Assembly (NCBI GenBank): GCA_963708135.1
Contig: OY970192.1
Location: forward strand, 3,424,001 to 3,488,000
DNA length: 64,000 bases
Direction: 5' to 3'
Source: an uncultured Gemmatimonadales bacterium
Lineage (GTDB): Bacteria; Gemmatimonadota; Gemmatimonadetes; Longimicrobiales; RSA9
Part shown: positions 46,703 through 57,782 of the stretch, piece by piece
Layout of the letters: every line of letters begins with the position of its first letter
Position numbering within the stretch: position 1 is the stretch's first letter
Notes under the pieces: model-generated
What the model was told of the DNA's origin: nothing
Databases searched by the model: none
What the model saw: the letters and a program-made list of their open reading frames with translations, nothing else
Program-made: the position numbers and the translations under genes

Positions 46703-47672
46703 GAAGCAGTCTTTCGGCGATCTGCACTGCGTTGGTTGCCGCCCCTTTCCGCAGGTTATCCGCGACGACCCAGAAGTGCAATACCTCGGGAATGTCGGGG
46801 TCCGCGCGTAGCCGGCCGACCCGCACGAGGTCGCGGCCGGCGACGTCCCGCGGGAGCGGATCCATGTCCCCCTCGGCCAGCTCGATCCCCGCCATGCCGG
46901 CCAGGCACTCGCGGACGCGCTCGAGCGGGACCGGCCTCTCCAGCTCCGCCGTGACCGCCACCGCGTGCCCGACCTCGACCGGCACGCGCACGCACGTCGC
47001 GGCCACCGGCAGCCCCGGCAGATCCATGATCTTCCGCGTCTCGCCGCGCATCTTCTCCTCCTCCTCGTTCCACCCCAATGCGCGGCGCGGCCCGATCGAC
47101 GGGATCACGTTGCCGGCGATCCGTGCGGGGAACGGCGACGCCTCCGGCACCCGTCCCGCGAGCTCGGCGCGCAGCGTGTCGATCCCCTTCTGCCCCGCGC
47201 CGGACACCGACTGGAAGGTCGTGGCCACGACCCGCCGCAGCGGCGCCGCACGGCGCACCCCCTCCAGCGCCACCACCACCTGGATCGTCGAGCAGTTCGG
47301 GTTCGCAATGATCCCGCGCGGCCGGCGCACGACGGCATCCGCGTTCACCTCCGGCACCACGAGCGGCACTTCCGGGTCCATCCGCCACGCCGAGGAGTTG
47401 TCGATCACGATCGCGCCCTCCTCCGCCGCGCGCGGCGCCCACTCCCGGCTCCGCTGCGCGCCCGCCGAGAAGAGCGCGATGTCGCAGCCGGCAAAGACCC
47501 CCGGGGCCGGCACCCCCACCTCCCACTCACGACCGCCGAACGAGAGCCGGCTGCCGCGCGAGCGCTCCGAGGCGAGCGGCACGATCTGGTCCACCGGGAA
47601 GCCCCGCTCCTCCAGGACCCGCAGCATCGTCCGCCCAACGGCGCCGGTGGCGCCCAGCACGGCGAGCCTCAC
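46695..47672 (-). CDS. asd: Aspartate-semialdehyde dehydrogenase
   Basis: [37 protein letters not shown]. Confidence 0.97.
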   Translation of the reverse strand: MRLAVLGATGAVGRTMLRVLEERGFPVDQIVPLASERSRGSRLSFGGREWEVGVPAPGVFAGCDIALFSAGAQRSREWAPRAAEEGAIVIDNSSAWRMDPEVPLVVPEVNADAVVRRPRGIIANPNCSTIQVVVALEGVRRAAPLRRVVATTFQSVSGAGQKGIDTLRAELAGRVPEASPFPARIAGNVIPSIGPRRALGWNEEEEKMRGETRKIMDLPGLPVAATCVRVPVEVGHAVAVTAELERPVPLERVRECLAGMAGIELAEGDMDPLPRDVAGRDLVRVGRLRADPDIPEVLHFWVVADNLRKGAATNAVQIAERLLRV

Positions 47673-48916
47673 CGCGCCTCGCCCAGGTCGAAGGTGTCGT
47701 GCAGAACGCGGAGGGCGTCGGCCTCCTTCTCCTCCTCGACGAGCACGGCAATGGAGATCGAGGAGCTGGAGAGCGCGAACACCTCGATCCCCGCCTTCTG
47801 CAGCGCGCGGTACTCCTGCGCGTACACGCCCACGCGCTCGTTCATCCCGCTGCCGACGAGAGCGATGCGGGAGAGGCCGGTCCGGACCCCGAAGCCCTGG
47901 CCGCCGAGCTCCTCGACGAAGCGCTCGCAGATCTGGCGCGCGGCGGCGAGCTGATCGCCCTTGACCGACATCTGGAGCTGCCGTCGTCCATCGACCTGGT
48001 CGAGCTGCGAGAGCATGTCCAGGCTGACGCCGGCCTCCGCCAGCCGGCTGAGGATCGTGCCGGTCGCGGCCATGTCGGCCGGCAGCCCCCAGAGCGAGAG
48101 GCGCGCGTAGTCGCTCTCCGAGGCGAGCCCCGTCAGGACCATCCCTTCCATCATCTGCGTGCCCATGTGCTCCTCACCGGCGATGAGCGTTCCTCCATCC
48201 CCGTCGTGGCGAAACGACGAGAGCACCCGCAACGGCACCCGGAAGCGCGCCGCGATCTCGACCGCGCGCGGATGCATCACCTGCGCCCCGGCGCTGGCAA
48301 GCTCCACCATCTCGGCGTACTCGATCCGCGGCAGGCGCGCCGAGGCCGGGACGCGCCGCGGGTCGGCCGTGTAGATCCCGTCCACGTCCGTGTAAATGTC
48401 GCAGCGGTCGGCGCCGAGCGCCGCCGCGAGCGCGACCGCCGTCGTGTCGGAGCCGCCGCGGCCGAGCGTCGTGACCTCCCGGCTCCGGCTGACGCCCTGA
48501 AAGCCGGCGACGATCACCACCTTCCCGGCCCCGAGCTCCTCGCGCACGCGTGTCGCACGCACCTCCTCGATGCGGGCGCCCGTATGCGCGTCGTCGGTGA
48601 TGATGGCCGCCTGCGAGCCGGTCATGCTGATCGCCTCGACGCCGGCGTCGCGCACGGCCATCGCGACCAGCGCCATGGCGATCCGCTCGCCCGCGGTGAG
48701 CAGCATGTCCAGCTCGCGCGGATGCCGCCGGCGCGGCTCGCTGGTCACCTGAGCGGCGAGCGCGACGAGGTCGTCCGTGGTGTCGCCCATCGCGGAGACG
48801 ACGACCACCAGCTCGTGGCCCGCCTGCCGCTCACCCGCGATCCGGCGCGCCACCGCGCGGATCCGGTCGGGCGAGCCGACCGAGGTGCCCCCGAACTTCT
48901 GCACGATGAGGCTCAT
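47669..48916 (-). CDS. lysC: Aspartate kinase
   Basis: [25 protein letters not shown], and C-terminal ACT domains. Confidence 0.96.
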   Translation of the reverse strand: MSLIVQKFGGTSVGSPDRIRAVARRIAGERQAGHELVVVVSAMGDTTDDLVALAAQVTSEPRRRHPRELDMLLTAGERIAMALVAMAVRDAGVEAISMTGSQAAIITDDAHTGARIEEVRATRVREELGAGKVVIVAGFQGVSRSREVTTLGRGGSDTTAVALAAALGADRCDIYTDVDGIYTADPRRVPASARLPRIEYAEMVELASAGAQVMHPRAVEIAARFRVPLRVLSSFRHDGDGGTLIAGEEHMGTQMMEGMVLTGLASESDYARLSLWGLPADMAATGTILSRLAEAGVSLDMLSQLDQVDGRRQLQMSVKGDQLAAARQICERFVEELGGQGFGVRTGLSRIALVGSGMNERVGVYAQEYRALQKAGIEVFALSSSSISIAVLVEEEKEADALRVLHDTFDLGEAR

Positions 48917-48969
48917 CGCCCGAATCCCATGCAAGACCCGGGCAGCCAGCTGGCGCGGAGGGCCATCGC

Positions 48970-49959
48970 TCAGAAGATGTGCAGATTGATGTACTTGCGC
49001 GGGTTCTTCTGGAGGTCGGCGAGCAGGACCTGCAGCTGCTCGTTGGTCTGGACCAGCTGCCGGTAGAGCGTGCTGTCGCGCAGCAGCAGCCCGAGCGTGC
49101 CTTCGCCGCGCTGCATGGCGCCGGCCACGCCGGCCATCGCGGTGAAGGCGGTGTCCGCCTTGCTCATGGTGGACTTGAGCTCCTGGCTGGCCGTGAGCAG
49201 CGAGCGCGAGATGGAGTCGAGGTGCATGCTCGTCGCGTGCGCGCTGGCGAGGGTGGAGCGCAGCTGTCCCTGGGCGACCGCGGTGTCGATCTGCGCGAAC
49301 AGGTCGCGCGCGGTCGTGGCCGCCTCGCCCAGCGACCTGCTCGTGGTCTGCAGGTTCGAGGCGACCTCGTCGAGCGTCTTCTGCTGCGCATCCACGAGCG
49401 CGGTGAGCTTGCCGCTGACCTCCTGGATGTTGTCGATCGCGTCCCGGATGTTGGTGGCCGTCTCCTCCGTGAACGCCATGCCGAAGCGGTTCGTCAGCAC
49501 GGCCAGGTTGCGCGCGATCTCGTCCGCCACCGCCGTAAGGCGCGTGATGTCGGGAAGCGTGGCCCCCGGCAGCACGCTCCTGTCCGGCGACTCCGCGTAC
49601 TGGTACTGCGGGAACGCGGAGCGAGGGAAGATCTCGGCCTGCCAGTCGCCGAACATCGACTTGGGCGAGAGCAGCACGACCGGGTCCTTCGGCAGCGGCA
49701 GGTTGGCCTTCACCGACATCTCGACCATGACGCCGTCGCCACCGGGCTCGAGCTCGATGCTCTCCACCTTGCCGACCGGCACGCCGCGCATCATGACCGC
49801 GTTGCCCTTCGAGAGCAGGCCCACCTCGCGGAACCGGGCGCGCAGGGTCTCCTCCTCGCTGCCGAGCCGCTTCCCCTTCATGAACAGCGTGCCGAAGACG
49901 ATCACCGCGATCCCCAGCACGATCACGAGTCCCACCGTTACCTCGTTGCGACGGCTCAC
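48970..49959 (-). CDS. mlaD: MlaD/MCE family protein
   Basis: N-terminal TM segment, [19 protein letters not shown], helical tail GEGTLG..NPRKY. Confidence 0.9.
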   Translation of the reverse strand: MSRRNEVTVGLVIVLGIAVIVFGTLFMKGKRLGSEEETLRARFREVGLLSKGNAVMMRGVPVGKVESIELEPGGDGVMVEMSVKANLPLPKDPVVLLSPKSMFGDWQAEIFPRSAFPQYQYAESPDRSVLPGATLPDITRLTAVADEIARNLAVLTNRFGMAFTEETATNIRDAIDNIQEVSGKLTALVDAQQKTLDEVASNLQTTSRSLGEAATTARDLFAQIDTAVAQGQLRSTLASAHATSMHLDSISRSLLTASQELKSTMSKADTAFTAMAGVAGAMQRGEGTLGLLLRDSTLYRQLVQTNEQLQVLLADLQKNPRKYINLHIF

Positions 49960-50708
49960 GGCACCGCCTCCTGCGCCAGGTCCGGGCGCCCCTCGATGAA
50001 GCCGCGCACCACCGGATCCCCGGCGCGCTGGATTTCCTCGGGCGTACCGACGAAACGGATGCGCCCCTCGAACAGCATCGCGATACGGTTCGCGACGCGG
50101 TACGCGCTCTTCATGTCGTGCGTCACCACCATGCTGGTCACTCCCAGCTCCGCGGCCATCTTCAGCACCAGCGAATCGATCACCGCGGTGGTCACCGGAT
50201 CGAGCCCCGTCGTCGGCTCATCGTAGAGGAGGTACTTGGGCCGCGTCGCGATCGCGCGCGCCAGCCCCACGCGCTTGCGCTGCCCGCCGGACAGCTCGGC
50301 CGGCATGCGGCCGCCGTATCCCTCGAGCTCCACCAGCGCGAGCGAGGCGGCGACCCGGCGCTGGATCTCCGCCTCCGCGAGCCCCGGGATCCGCCGCAGC
50401 CCCATGGCCACGTTGTCCGCCACCGACATGGAGTCGAAGAGGGCGGCGAACTGGAACACGTAGCCGACGTCGCGCCGCAGCGCGTACAGCTCCGAACGGG
50501 TGAGCGAGGCGACCTGCCGGCCATCCACCTCCGCGGTGCCCGCATCGGGGACGAGCAGCCCGACGATCGTCTTGAGCAGCACCGACTTGCCGGAGCCCGA
50601 CGCGCCGATGACCGCCAGCGTCTCGCCATCCCGCACCTCCAGAGAGACGCCGTCGAGCACGACCTTCGGCCCGAACGCCTTGCGGATCCCCTCCAGCCGG
50701 ATGCTCAC
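49956..50708 (-). CDS. mlaF: MlaF-like ABC ATPase
   Basis: [36 protein letters not shown]. Confidence 0.92.
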   Translation of the reverse strand: MSIRLEGIRKAFGPKVVLDGVSLEVRDGETLAVIGASGSGKSVLLKTIVGLLVPDAGTAEVDGRQVASLTRSELYALRRDVGYVFQFAALFDSMSVADNVAMGLRRIPGLAEAEIQRRVAASLALVELEGYGGRMPAELSGGQRKRVGLARAIATRPKYLLYDEPTTGLDPVTTAVIDSLVLKMAAELGVTSMVVTHDMKSAYRVANRIAMLFEGRIRFVGTPEEIQRAGDPVVRGFIEGRPDLAQEAVP

Positions 50709-51487
50709 AGGAGGGTGGCCGCCCAGAAGGCGTCCAGCACCAGGATCATCATGCTGCTCGCCACCACCGCGCGCGTGGTGGAGCGGCCCACCGCCTCGGC
50801 GCCGCCCTTGGTGGCGAAGCCGAAGAAGCAGCCCAGCGCGGTGACGACCAGCCCGAAGGACGCGGCCTTGATCAGCGAGTAGCGCACGTCGTACGTCGAG
50901 AAGAAGAGCCGCAGCCCGCGCAGGAACTCGGGCGTGGACAGGTCGAGCAGGTTGATCGCCGTGAGCCAGCCCGCGGCGATCCCGACGGCATCGGCGAAGA
51001 TCACGATGACCGGAAACATCAACAGCCCGGCCAGCACGCGCGGCACCACGAGGTAGGAGATCGGGTCGTAGGCCAGGGTCTCGAGCGCGTCGATCTGCTC
51101 GGTCACCTGCATGGTGCCGATCTCCGCCGCGATGTTGGCTCCCACCCGTCCCGCCAGCGCGAGCCCGGTGAGCACGGGCCCCAGCTCCAGGATCATCGTC
51201 TTGCCGACCAGCACCCCGACGAAGTACAGCGGCACCATGCCGGTGAACGTGTAGGAGGCCTGCAGCGCGAGGACGATCCCGGTGAACGCAGCGATGAAGA
51301 CCGCGATGGGGAGGGAATCCACTCCGAGCCGGGCCATCTGCACCACCAGCAGCGGGCCCCACGTGGCCACGTCGGCCACCCCCTTGCCGGAGATGGCGAC
51401 GAAGTGCCCGAACCGGCCGAAGCCGGCGGCCATGTTCGTCGCGGATCGCCCGACCCACGCCAGAGGAGCGGTCCAGTCCCGGCCCAT
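50705..51487 (-). CDS. mlaE: MlaE ABC permease
   Basis: ELGPVLT, GRVGA..AAEIGTM.VTEQIDAL, GGAEAVGRSTT. Confidence 0.93.
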   Translation of the reverse strand: MGRDWTAPLAWVGRSATNMAAGFGRFGHFVAISGKGVADVATWGPLLVVQMARLGVDSLPIAVFIAAFTGIVLALQASYTFTGMVPLYFVGVLVGKTMILELGPVLTGLALAGRVGANIAAEIGTMQVTEQIDALETLAYDPISYLVVPRVLAGLLMFPVIVIFADAVGIAAGWLTAINLLDLSTPEFLRGLRLFFSTYDVRYSLIKAASFGLVVTALGCFFGFATKGGAEAVGRSTTRAVVASSMMILVLDAFWAATLL

Positions 51488-51595
51488 GGCGCTAATGATA
51501 CCGAACGGGCGGGGGCGCCACCACCCCGATCCCGGCCCGTGGCTTGCATTCCGAAGGGCCGACGTCACATGCAAACGATGGCAAGGAGGGCCCGG

Positions 51596-52027
51596 ATGGC
51601 CGGCGATGAGGGGCAGGAGCGGCGGCTCCGCTACGAGGAGATCGACCCCCGGTTCCAGCGGCGCTGGAGCGAGGCGCGGCAGCTCCCGGAGGAGCAGGTG
51701 GAGCGGGCGTTCCGGCACGGCTTCGAGGCGCGCGACCGCTTCGCGCAGCGCCCCTTCGAGGAGGTGGCCGGGTGGCTGCGGGAGAGCTGGAGCGGCCTCG
51801 CGCCGGCAACGCCGTGGGACGACGTCGCCGACATCGTGCGCAGCGGCTACGAGCGCTATCAGGGAGCCGGCGGCGGAGTGACCGACCCGGCGACGGAGGC
51901 CTTGGAGCGCTTCAGCCGGCACACGGCGGGCGGCTCGGGGATGGGCGGCCGCGACCTCGGGGAGCGGCCGAACCTCGGCGATGCGGCGCCCCGCCCCGGC
52001 GACGGCGACGTCAGCGGGGAGCGGTGA
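51596..52027 (+). CDS. Hypothetical protein
   Basis: GGAGG RBS; Trp-rich helical motif FEEVAGWLRESW..WDDVADIVRSGY. Confidence 0.6.
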   Translation: MAGDEGQERRLRYEEIDPRFQRRWSEARQLPEEQVERAFRHGFEARDRFAQRPFEEVAGWLRESWSGLAPATPWDDVADIVRSGYERYQGAGGGVTDPATEALERFSRHTAGGSGMGGRDLGERPNLGDAAPRPGDGDVSGER

Positions 52028-52835
52028 TCCAGCGCAGCGGGGGCGCCGCCGGCGCCTCGCCCAGCTCCGCGGCGAGCTCGTAGAAGCGGTGCAGCCCCGC
52101 GCGCATGGCGGCATCCAGCGTGTAGGTCAGGGAGCGCCAGTACGCGAGCAGCGTGGGCGCCTCGATGCGGAAGCGCGCGGCCCAGCGGGAGGCGAGCTCC
52201 GCGTCGTGGGCGGCGAACCAGGCCCGGGACTCGAGCAGCGCCTCGTGGAGCGCCGAGAGCTCGGCGTCGGCGGAAGCGCGGGCGGAGGTCTGCCAGAGCG
52301 CGAACGCGAACGGCAGGCCCGTCCACTCCGTCCACGCCGCGCCGAGATCCACCACGCGGCGCCCCGCCGGAAAGCGGGCGCGCAGCGCGACGTCTCCGAT
52401 CCGCAGCGCGGCGGCCGCGCCGCCCGCGATCGGATCGGGCTCGGCCGCCTGATCGAACCAGCGGTAGCGTGGTGTGACGCCGTGCCCGCGCTCGAGCAGC
52501 GCCCGCAACAGTACGACCGAGGTGGCCGATGCGCTCGGGAGCGCCACCTCGGCGCCGTGGAGCTCGTCGAGCGCTCGGTCGCTCTCGAGGAGGATGCTCT
52601 GGACCGGGCCGTTGGAGCCGATCACGAGGTCGGGGAAGAGGCGATACGCGGTCGCGTGGCGAGGGTACTCGATGCTCGAGGACGGCGCGACGTCGATGTC
52701 GCCGCCGGCCAGCAGGGTGTTGAGGCGGGAGGGGATCCCCTCGACGATCTGGATTCCCGGCGGTGCGCCGCGGTCGAGGAGCGCCGCGTGCACGGGGAAG
52801 CAGTTGCTGAACTCTATATGACCCAGTCGCAGCAT
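52011..52835 (-). CDS. mqnA: Chorismate dehydratase (futalosine menaquinone pathway)
   Basis: LGHIEFSNCFP, GPVQSI, SATSV.LL, IGDVAL, DLG..W..WTGLPFAFALW. Confidence 0.9.
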   Translation of the reverse strand: MLRLGHIEFSNCFPVHAALLDRGAPPGIQIVEGIPSRLNTLLAGGDIDVAPSSSIEYPRHATAYRLFPDLVIGSNGPVQSILLESDRALDELHGAEVALPSASATSVVLLRALLERGHGVTPRYRWFDQAAEPDPIAGGAAAALRIGDVALRARFPAGRRVVDLGAAWTEWTGLPFAFALWQTSARASADAELSALHEALLESRAWFAAHDAELASRWAARFRIEAPTLLAYWRSLTYTLDAAMRAGLHRFYELAAELGEAPAAPPLRWITAPR

Positions 52836-52875
52836 CCGACCCGAGCGCTCCCGTGCGAGGAGGCGGTAAGATAGT

Positions 52876-53811
52876 ATGGCCACTCAGCGACGCCAGGGCC
52901 GCCGCACGCTCGTCGGCTGGCTGCTCATCCTCGGGCTCGCCGCGCTGGCCACGGCCGTGCTCTTCCTCGACCAGCTCACCGCCGCGCTGCGCGATACCTA
53001 CGAGCTCGTCGTGGTCCTGCCCAGCGGCTCCGGGCTGCGCCCGGGCGATGACGTATGGGTGGCAGGCGTGAATGCCGGCACCATCGGCTCCATCGCCGTG
53101 CTTGCGCCGGGACGCGACACGACGCCGCGCGTGGCCGCCGTAGTAGCCGTGCGGACCGGGGTCCGCTCGCAGATCCGCCGCGACTCGAAGGTCCGCCTGA
53201 CCTCCGAGAAGCTGGTCGGGCCGGCTCTCATCGAGATCGTTCCGGGCTCGCCCGGCTCGCCCGTCCTGCAGCCGGGCGACACGCTCCGGCTGCAGCAGAA
53301 CCTCGCGCCGGCGGAGCTCATGAAGCGCGCCGCGGCGGTCCGCAGCTCGCTGGATTCGCTGCTCGCCGAGGCCGCTCCGCTTCGGGGCAGGCTGGCGCGC
53401 TCGCTGGGACGGTACGCGCGAGTGGCGGGACGGGCGGGCGCCGCGCGCCGCGACATGGCCGCCCTCATGGGAGGGTTGCGCGGCGGTCCGCTTCAGCGCT
53501 TCCTCGCCGACACCACGCGCGCGGAGCTGGGCAGGACGCTCCGGGCGGTGGAGCGGAAGGTGAGCGAGGCCCAGGCACGCGCCACCCGGTTCGAGACCAG
53601 CTCCGCGCCCGAGCGGCGCCGGCTCCGACAGGACCTCGCCCGCGTGTCGGTCCGGCTCGATTCCGTGCGCGCGATGCTCGGTGACTCGCTCGGAACCCTG
53701 CACCGGCTGCGCGCGGACTCCGCGCTCATCCACGCGATGGCCACCACGCGGGCGAGCCTCGATTCGCTGATCACCGAGTCGAAGAAGAATCCTCTGCGCT
53801 ATTTCTTCTAG
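52876..53811 (+). CDS. Second MlaD/MCE family protein
   Basis: TM segment, GLRPGDDVWVAGVNAG, IEIVPG, KKNPLRYFF. Confidence 0.85.
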   Translation: MATQRRQGRRTLVGWLLILGLAALATAVLFLDQLTAALRDTYELVVVLPSGSGLRPGDDVWVAGVNAGTIGSIAVLAPGRDTTPRVAAVVAVRTGVRSQIRRDSKVRLTSEKLVGPALIEIVPGSPGSPVLQPGDTLRLQQNLAPAELMKRAAAVRSSLDSLLAEAAPLRGRLARSLGRYARVAGRAGAARRDMAALMGGLRGGPLQRFLADTTRAELGRTLRAVERKVSEAQARATRFETSSAPERRRLRQDLARVSVRLDSVRAMLGDSLGTLHRLRADSALIHAMATTRASLDSLITESKKNPLRYFF

Positions 53812-53851
53812 CGGAGCGGATCCGGAGTACGGCGAGCACCGAACGCCAGCG

Positions 53852-54718
53852 CTACTTCGGATGCGGTCCACCAGCCAGAACGGCGCGGAGCGGGAGCGCG
53901 AGCGCGACCGTCGTCCCCTTCCCGACGCTCGAGCGCATCTCGACGCGCCCGCCGTGCGCCTCCAGGATCTCGCGGCAGATCGGCAGCCCGAGTCCCATCC
54001 CCTTCGGCTTGCTGGTGACGAACGGCTCGAAGATCGCGGCGATCCGCTGGGGCTCGATCCCGGGACCCGTGTCGCGTACCTCCACGACCGCCTCATCCCC
54101 GCGTCGCCTGAGCGTCACCTCGATCCGGCGCGGGTCCGCGCTGGGCGCCTCGCGGAGCGCATCGCAGGCGTTGCGCAGCACGTTCTCCAGCGCCTGCGGC
54201 AGGAAGTAGGCGTCCGCATCCGCAACGAGCGAGTCCGGCGCGGCGACCCCGAGCGTGATGCCGGCCTGCTCGGCCGTCGGGCGGATGTCCTCCGCCACCC
54301 GGCCCACCAGCTCCCTCAGCTCGATCGGCGAAAGGTGCAGGCGGCGCGTGGTGCCGGACGCGTACGCCGAGAGCTCGCTCAGGAGCTCCACCATCCGGGT
54401 GGCCTGCCCCACGATGGTCTCGGTGGCCTCGCGCTGCGACTCCGCATCCTGCAGCGCATGGCCCGCCTGCAGCATCTCCGCATTCAGCAGCAGCGTCTGC
54501 AGCGGGTTCTTGACCTGGTGCAGGATGCGCGCGGTGGCGGTGCCCATCGCCGCGAGGCGCTCCGCCTCCACGCGCTGGCGCACGCTGCGCCGCACCAGCA
54601 CGACCGCCACTCCGGCCGAGAAGCCGGTGATGAGCAGCACGAGCAGGATGTTGACCAGGAAGAGTAGCTGCGCGTCCCCACCGAGGGGAGGGCTCAGGAA
54701 CAGCTCGATCGCGTCCAC
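53852..54718 (-). CDS. Histidine kinase with a single TM segment and no sensor domain
   Basis: HQVKNPL, NVLRNA, DTGPG, FEPFVTSK, GMGLGL. Confidence 0.92.
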   Translation of the reverse strand: MDAIELFLSPPLGGDAQLLFLVNILLVLLITGFSAGVAVVLVRRSVRQRVEAERLAAMGTATARILHQVKNPLQTLLLNAEMLQAGHALQDAESQREATETIVGQATRMVELLSELSAYASGTTRRLHLSPIELRELVGRVAEDIRPTAEQAGITLGVAAPDSLVADADAYFLPQALENVLRNACDALREAPSADPRRIEVTLRRRGDEAVVEVRDTGPGIEPQRIAAIFEPFVTSKPKGMGLGLPICREILEAHGGRVEMRSSVGKGTTVALALPLRAVLAGGPHPK

Positions 54719-54779
54719 GGCCGGTCCGGGTCCGGGAATGAGATTGTGTCCACGACGCGGCGGCGCGGACGCGCCGGGA

Positions 54780-55517
54780 TCAGCCCACCGGTGCGGGCGT
54801 GCCCACGGCCGGCACCGCGGTGCCGCGGGCCAGGCTGGCGAGCAGCGCGGCGACGATCACCGCCTGCGCGGCCCCCGTCGCCAGCTGGAGGAACTCGGAG
54901 AGATCCCAGAAGTACGCCGCCGGCGCCTGGCCGATGATCTGGAAGAACGCCTCCTGGACGGGCAGCAGCAGGACGAAGACGGTGCGCACCGCCAGGAACC
55001 CGGCGAAGTAGACGTCCAGCCCGTGCAGCCGCCCGAGCGCCGCCATGGCCCAGAAGCCCAGGTATCCGGCCACTCCGACGAACGAGAGGATGCGGGTCCA
55101 GCCGAGCAGCACGCTTCGCTGCCCGAGCACGCCGGTGGCGATCCCCACGACGGCCAGCGCCGCAACGGCGGGCAGCAGGAGCTGCAGCCCCGTGCGCGGC
55201 CTCCCCCGGTACACGGCCAGGAGCGAGAGGGGAAGGCCCGCGCTCAGCAGCGCGTTCACCAGATACGCGCCGTTGTAGAAGTGGTCCTGCAGCGCCCGGA
55301 ATGCGGATGCGGCGTCGCGCACGGCGAGCGCGGAGAAGGCTTCGACCATGGCGTTGTCCAGCGCGAGCGCCACATAGACGATGGCGCTCACGGACCACGC
55401 CGCGCGCGCGGCCGCCGTCATCTTCCGCGCGCGCCCGAACACCAGGAGCAGGAGCCCGCCCGCAAGCGCGCAGCGGACCGCAAGCGTGACGATCCGCAGG
55501 AAGAGGAGCAGGCTCAC
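54780..55517 (-). CDS. Hypothetical ~7-TM membrane protein
   Basis: About seven hydrophobic segments; GGAGG RBS before the GTG start. Confidence 0.7.
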   Translation of the reverse strand: MSLLLFLRIVTLAVRCALAGGLLLLVFGRARKMTAAARAAWSVSAIVYVALALDNAMVEAFSALAVRDAASAFRALQDHFYNGAYLVNALLSAGLPLSLLAVYRGRPRTGLQLLLPAVAALAVVGIATGVLGQRSVLLGWTRILSFVGVAGYLGFWAMAALGRLHGLDVYFAGFLAVRTVFVLLLPVQEAFFQIIGQAPAAYFWDLSEFLQLATGAAQAVIVAALLASLARGTAVPAVGTPAPVG

Positions 55518-55529
55518 GCGTGCCTCCGC

Positions 55530-55898
55530 TTATCCGCCGGGCGGCGGCGGCGGCGGTGGTGGGAGCTCGTCGTCGATCGAGAACGTCAGTGTGCCCTCTT
55601 CGGCCGAGCTCCCGGGCGGAAGCGTCTCCACGATGATGCGCTTCACGATCCCGCGCGGATCGTTGATCACGATCTCCACGTCCACCTGCTGCTCCGCCGA
55701 TACCACGCGGGTCCGGACCTTCGACCCCGGCGACTGCTCCCGCCCGCCGGGATTGCGGAACAGCGTCTTCGTCGACTGCCGGCCGCTCTCGAGGTTGCGC
55801 GTCACCTTCACGTGCTGGAGCCAGTCCGGCTGGTAGCTGATCTCGTAATCGAACCCCCGCTGGTCCGAACCGCGCCCTTCCCGATTGTGTCGCGCCAT
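55530..55898 (-). CDS. Hypothetical small cytoplasmic protein with a poly-Pro tail
   Basis: MARHNREGRGSDQRGFDYEISYQPDW...[18 protein letters not shown]. Confidence 0.75.
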   Translation of the reverse strand: MARHNREGRGSDQRGFDYEISYQPDWLQHVKVTRNLESGRQSTKTLFRNPGGREQSPGSKVRTRVVSAEQQVDVEIVINDPRGIVKRIIVETLPPGSSAEEGTLTFSIDDELPPPPPPPPGG

Positions 55899-55945
55899 CC
55901 GCGCCTCCGCCAAACCTTTTGAAATGCACTCACCTCAGAATCCGG

Positions 55946-55974
55946 AAAATTCGCCGCTGTCACGCCGCTGTCAA
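55946..55974 (-). promoter_or_regulatory. sigma70-like promoter overlapped by an 11-bp direct repeat
   Basis: Minus strand TTGACA-N17-AATTTT; cgccgctgtca twice at 55952-55973. Confidence 0.5.
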
Positions 55975-56267
55975 GCACACCTTTTCTTTCGGGCGGCGGG
56001 AGCGCCCGCGCACCGGCCTAACTCACCCGGCCGCACCGCGCTCGCCTCTCGCCGCGGCCGGGGCGCCGCGGGCGATTCCCCAAACAATCGTAACGGGCCC
56101 GCCCCGAAAAAATCACGGTTCCCGACAGGGCCGCCGTGCCCGCGTCGAGTACGAAACTTGCGAATGGCGCCCGCGATCCCACTTCAGCATCGCTCCGCGG
56201 GTGCCGGGCGGCCGACCCCGGACCCCGCGACCAGCGCCGCACCCGGCGGCGGAGCCGCACAGTGCTC

Positions 56268-56296
56268 TTGACCCGAACCGGCCGCAGTGATACAGT
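56268..56296 (+). promoter_or_regulatory. sigma70-type promoter of rho (TTGACC-N17-TACAGT)
   Basis: Exact spacing; leaves a leader of about 160 nt. Confidence 0.6.
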
Positions 56297-56461
56297 GTCT
56301 CCATTATCCACGATACGGAGCCTCCCGCTGCTGGAGGAACGGGCGCACCGCGCCCCGTCCCGGCCTATCGTTTCGTTTCCCAGATGTAAGCCAATGACCC
56401 TTGGACGGCGCTGGCAGCTCTGCCGGTCCCACCGTCCAGCGTACGTACGGAGTGGCACTAC

Positions 56462-57712
56462 GTGGACATCACGGAACTGAAGAGCAAATCGATCGCAGAG
56501 CTGCACGAGATGGCGGAGGAGCTCAACATCTCCAACTACTCCGGCCTGCGAAAGCAAGACCTGATCTTCCGGATCGAGCAGAACCTCCTGGACAGCGATG
56601 TGGTGCTTCGGGGCGAGGGCGTCCTCGAGATCCTGCCCGAGGGCTACGGCTTCCTGCGCTCGCAGGACTGGAACTACCTGTACGGCCCGGATGACATCTA
56701 CGTCAGCCCGTCCCAGATCAAGCGCTTCGACCTGCGCACGGGCGATACCGTGCTGGGACAGGTGCGGCCGCCCAAGGAGGGCGAGCGCTACCTCGCGCTG
56801 CTGAAGGTCGAGCAGGTGAACGGCGACGACCCGGACCGCGCGAAGCACCGCATCGCCTTCGACAACCTGCGGCCGCGCTACCCGGAGGACCGGCTCCTGC
56901 TCGAGAACGAGGCGGGTGACCTGTCGATGCGGCTCATGGACCTGATGTCGCCGCTGGGCAAGGGGCAGCGCGGCCTGATCGTCTCGCCGCCGAAGGCGGG
57001 CAAGACGATCCTCATGCAGAAGATCGCCAACTCCATCATCGAGAACCATTCCGAAGTCCACCTGATCGTGCTCCTCATCGACGAGCGTCCCGAGGAGGTC
57101 ACGGACATGGAGGAGCACGTCCCGGCGGAGGTGATCTCCTCCACCTTCGACGAGCCGGCGGACCGCCACACGCAGGTGGCCGAGATGGTGATCGAGAAGG
57201 CGAAGCGCCTGGTCGAGCACGGCCGCGACGTGGTCATCCTGCTGGACTCTATCACCCGCCTGGCGCGCGCCTACAACGTGACCGTGCCGCACTCCGGAAA
57301 GATTCTCTCCGGCGGCGTCGATGCCAACGCGCTGCACAAGCCGAAGCGCTTCTTCGGCGCCGCGCGCAACATCGACGGCGGCGGCTCGCTGACGATCATC
57401 GCGACGGCCCTCATCGAGACCGGCTCGCGCATGGACGAGGTGATCTTCGAGGAGTTCAAGGGCACGGGCAACATGGAGGTCGTGCTCGACCGCCACATCG
57501 CGGACAAGCGGATCTTCCCGGCCGTCGATATCAACCGGTCCAGCACCCGCAAGGAGGACCTGCTGCTCGACGAGACCGAGCTCAACCGGGTCTACCTGCT
57601 GCGCAACTTCCTGGCGGACATGCCGCCGGCCGAGGCGCTCGAGTTCCTGCTCGACCGGATCCGGCGCACCAAGACGAACAAGGACTTCCTGGACAGCATG
57701 GCCAAGGGCTGA
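56462..57712 (+). CDS. rho: Transcription termination factor Rho
   Basis: [52 protein letters not shown]. Confidence 0.98.
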   Translation: MDITELKSKSIAELHEMAEELNISNYSGLRKQDLIFRIEQNLLDSDVVLRGEGVLEILPEGYGFLRSQDWNYLYGPDDIYVSPSQIKRFDLRTGDTVLGQVRPPKEGERYLALLKVEQVNGDDPDRAKHRIAFDNLRPRYPEDRLLLENEAGDLSMRLMDLMSPLGKGQRGLIVSPPKAGKTILMQKIANSIIENHSEVHLIVLLIDERPEEVTDMEEHVPAEVISSTFDEPADRHTQVAEMVIEKAKRLVEHGRDVVILLDSITRLARAYNVTVPHSGKILSGGVDANALHKPKRFFGAARNIDGGGSLTIIATALIETGSRMDEVIFEEFKGTGNMEVVLDRHIADKRIFPAVDINRSSTRKEDLLLDETELNRVYLLRNFLADMPPAEALEFLLDRIRRTKTNKDFLDSMAKG

Positions 57713-57782
57713 GCGGCGCGGGCGACTCGTGCGGGCCCGGCGCCCGGGGTACCGGCTCGCCCGGTGCTCCGGGCGCCGTTCG

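Noticed and set aside
44384..46954. Long antisense or alternate-frame ORFs (this one, 9471..11372, 51859..54096 and many others)
   Set aside because: Arg/Pro/Ala-rich shadow ORFs expected at this GC content, overlapping well-supported genes.
54780..55517. Microbial rhodopsin
   Set aside because: No lysine in the last TM helix for retinal attachment.
55530..55898. Ubiquitin-like or sulfur-carrier protein (C-terminal GG)
   Set aside because: GG follows a poly-Pro tract, there is no beta-grasp pattern, and no E1/ThiF or JAB gene is nearby.
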